This document shows positions 60,518-64,000 of a stretch of DNA of 64,000 nucleotides, in pieces. The notes below the pieces were generated by a model, which worked only from the letters and a program-made list of their open reading frames with translations, was not told the origin of the DNA and did no database searches. Both the position numbers and the translations under genes were made by a program. Position 1 is the stretch's first letter. Each line of letters opens with the position of its first letter. The DNA comes from Lama guanicoe (taxonomy: Eukaryota). Where the stretch lies: contig MU053304.1 in NCBI GenBank assembly GCA_013239625.1, positions 2,976,001-3,040,000 on the forward strand, given 5' to 3'.

Positions 60518-60826
60518 TAAAAATGATACAAATTCTACTTACAAGTCAAAAACAGACTCAAAGGCATAGAAAACAAACTATGGTTACCAAAGGGGAAAGA
60601 GCAGGGAGGGATAAATTAGGGGTTGGGGATTAACAGGCACATTACTGTATACAAAACAGATAAACAACAAGGACCTACTGTATAGCACAGGGAACTATAT
60701 TCAATTTTTTTTGTAATAACATATAAAGGAAAAGAAAAAAATACATATGCATGTATATATATAACTGAATCACTTTGCTGTACACCTGAAAATAACAATG
60801 TAAATCAAATACACTTTGATAAAAAA
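60518..60826 (+). mobile_element. L1 3' end (cetartiodactyl type)
   Basis: Highly similar to 12419-12702. Confidence 0.85.
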
Positions 60827-62659
60827 GGCAAAATTAAAAATGATTTCAAGCTATTGTTGCATTTAGCTGTAGTTTGTTTATTTTCCCTGCTATCTAGATT
60901 TCCATTGCATGCTATATTCTGCAACTTATCCATTCTAAAGTGGGTGAGGCAGTTTGGAACTACTGTAAACAGTGCTGCTGAAAAACATTCCTGTTCAAGA
61001 ATCTTGGCACACGAGTACCCGCATTTCTCCAGGGTATGAATGGGAGAGAACTGCTGAGTCACAGTGTCTGCTTATGTTCGGGTTTTATGGAAAATGCCAA
61101 AGTGTTTTCCAAAGAGTTAGTAACGATCTACCTTCCCACCGGCAGTCCACGGGAATTCCTTTTGCTCCATAGCCTGACCAATCTTGGCCTATCCGAGGGG
61201 CAGGGATGGGCATTTTCACCTCTGTATTCCCAGAACCTCCCAGCTGACTAGCTTTTAAAAGATATTCCCAAACATTTGTTAATTCATAACTTTCCCTTAT
61301 GCTTATGAATCACTACAGATGTATTCCACGTCTAAAAATTTTCCAAGGAACTACCTTAGGAGGACTTGTGGTCAAGTGTGGATGGACAACATCTACTCTG
61401 AAAATTTCTTTTTCTTTAATATATAAAAAGATTTGCTCCACTAGTATTGCTGGTGTGTAGGGCAAAGTTTGTACAGAGCAGAGTGAGGGAGGCTGCAGCA
61501 CGTGGTCCAGCCAATGCCTTCCACCCTAAAGGAGGATGGAGGGTCCCCACTGAGTCTCCATATTCCCAAGAGCAGGAGGCACCTTTCCATCCCTGCCTCA
61601 CAAAGACATTCTGGATTCAAGGAATATGAATTTACCAGGGACTTCTGTGGAGTTCTGCTGCCTCTGAGGCAGGACGCAAAAGGGATACGGCATTCCCACG
61701 TCACGGAACTCCGCCTTAAGCTCTCACTCTGATTTATTAATAGATGCCCACCAGTAAATTTTTCCAAAATTACAAGTCTTTACAGATCGATTTTTTTTTA
61801 TTAAAAGATATGAAAAAGAAAGTTTTGGACACACCTAACACTGGGTCCTCATACTTCTCTGGAGTTCATTTCCTAGAGTGTTTGTAATAGAGATATGGAG
61901 TAAAGCTATAAAGCATAAAAGAGCCGCCACTTATAAACACATGTTCAAGGATTTTTTTAAATACCAGTGAAGTATTGCTAATAAAAATTTCCCCACCTAC
62001 AAACAGTTTCCCTTAATTCAGATGTTAACTGAATGTAGGAGTTAACACTCTATAAACTTTTTATGTGCCTTTTGGTTAGGGTCTCTGAGATAAATTGGTT
62101 TAAAATTCTCATCTTTAACTTTCTTTGACCTTTAATAGTTTCTTTTTTAGACAATGTGTATTTGAAAGGGTTCTTCAAAGTGAATGTTAATTGCATGCTT
62201 ATCAGAGAAGTTATTCCCTTTAGGAAGAAATTCCTCAAAGGTTGATAGGAAAAGAGAATATTTGTCATCAGAACATTTTTGTAAATTGTTCTAATACCCT
62301 CAAAAAATAAGGTTTGAGATATGAGAAAAGAAAGACCCTCCAGACTTTAGTCTCTCCGGTTATCAGCCCCCTACAAACCTCATCAAATTATTTCCTAATT
62401 GATGAATGAATCCTTCTTAGTGAATTATAGTTATGAGTCAATGGAACAAAAATGAGATTAAAACTTCATTCAAAATGAACACATTTGCGTTCCTGGTCAG
62501 CCATGCTATTTTTCAAAAGTCAGGAATCAGCAACTTTTTGCCAGAAGAGAATGTCATCACTAAGGGGAAAAAGAAAACATGATCAAATGGCAGGAACTTT
62601 GTAGAACAGACAAAGCGTGGGGCTGGGGTTCTGAGGGTACACATTCTAGACAGTGTAAG

Positions 62660-63960
62660 AAGATGAGATCAAAATCCAAGAGATTTGAGTAAAAATTCTA
62701 TAGTATTACATTTCAATTTGACCTATCAATATGAACTCATACATCTTTAGAAATACATTTCCCACTTCTTCCCTAGAAGGTGTTAGAAGCAGTGTACCTT
62801 GTCCTTATAATCAGTACCTTGTAGAATGAAGATCTTGATCTCTCTGTGCCGTACTTGGCCCCAGAACGTAACTGTGGCTTCTTAGAGAAGTAACTGATTC
62901 CAGGTCTGAGGCAGAAAAAAAAGCAAGCTTGGAACATCTTGTTACAGAAAGCAAGGAACGCTCCAAGACGAGTGGGCATGTATTAAGACAATACAGTCTC
63001 CACAAAAACTAAGGGATTGTGACACACTGACTAGATAAAAATGTGTACTACTGCTCAAAGAAAGAGAAAAGGAGCATTTGCTACCACTGGCAGCGTCTAT
63101 TGAACCAAATCCTTGCTCTGAATATTAGTACTTTGGGGGAAGGACTATACGTCATACCAGGTGCTGAGGGAAAGCTCTTTACAGCAGAATTCCAGCTAAT
63201 ACTACATAGAAAGAATAATAAGACACTTATGACCACAAAAGAAATAGTTAATTCATGCAAGGATCATCAGCGGATATAAAACTACCAGGCAAGTTACATT
63301 GGGGATATTGATATGAGGTCAAAGTATTACCACACAGATTGTTCACTGTTTTCTAAAGTAAATACCTCCTTACAATAGAGAGGCTTCTGTCATCATCTCA
63401 GCTAAGTGACCAAATTAGTATCACTCGTTGTGGGACAAACCGGCATTCTGTGCTTTGTGAAGGGAAGCATATAACGTAAACTTCATCCACGAAATTCTGT
63501 CGGAAAACGTTACCTGAATCTAATCAACTTATAGACTTAACTTTCCGTTTGATGGAAATAGAGAAGACAGAGAGCAAGTGAAACTAAAAGAAAAAACAAT
63601 CATCAAATGCAGAATGTGCAATTTGATAAAAACAAATAATTATTCAATGTGATAAAAAAAATAAGTGGAGAAGATCTGGCACAATTTCTCAACCAAAAAG
63701 AGACATCAGTCAAAAAGCGTGATGTGTAAACCTTTGTCAAAAATTAATTTGGAAACAATAGCCAAAAAATACTTACGGAGCACAATTTGGGGAAGTATAA
63801 TGTGTATTAGGTACTAGATATATTAGGAAGTGATTGTGAGTTTTATTAGGTGTAATATTGACCTGTTCTTTATGGAGGAGAATTTCATTGTTCTAAGAGA
63901 TGCTTGCTGAATTCTTAGGGTGAAGTAGCATCATGTTTGCAAATTACTTGGAATCATTCA
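62660..63960 (+). mobile_element. Old L1MC-type 3' region
   Basis: ggcttcttagagaagtaactgattccaggtctgaggcag; later part resembles 41100-41830. Confidence 0.6.
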
Positions 63961-64000
63961 TTGAATGAATTCAGAGAAAGAGAGAGAAGCGCACAAGAGA

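Noticed and set aside
39600..64000. A second gene upstream of DAW1 (CCL20 is the neighbour I recall in human)
   Set aside because: I found no chemokine-like or other coherent exons; it probably lies beyond the window

Overview
Mammalian genomic DNA, most likely camelid (three tRNA-derived SINEs of the camelid Vic-1 type plus cetartiodactyl-type L1 3' ends). The left 39 kb hold the complete, intact 13-exon DAW1 (WDR69/ODA16) gene on the minus strand. The spliced CDS is 1248 nt (415 aa + stop), from ATG 38980 to TGA 349, with a CpG-island promoter carrying an RFX X-box and an NRF1-type palindrome. The right 25 kb are non-coding upstream DNA rich in old transposon fragments. The most unusual structure is in DAW1 intron 10, a GC-AG intron. 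It contains a ~6 kb, ~120-130-copy degenerate 43-bp tandem array that ends ~45 nt from the GC donor. Each unit carries an X-box-like 14-mer and an internal palindrome, shows CpG decay, and the array is interrupted by three differently aged transposons. A second oddity is a pair of unusually similar inverted MER5-type arms around a ~1 kb spacer (55.7-57.0 kb). Repeat family names come from recall of consensus sequences, not from a database search, and old-repeat boundaries are approximate.
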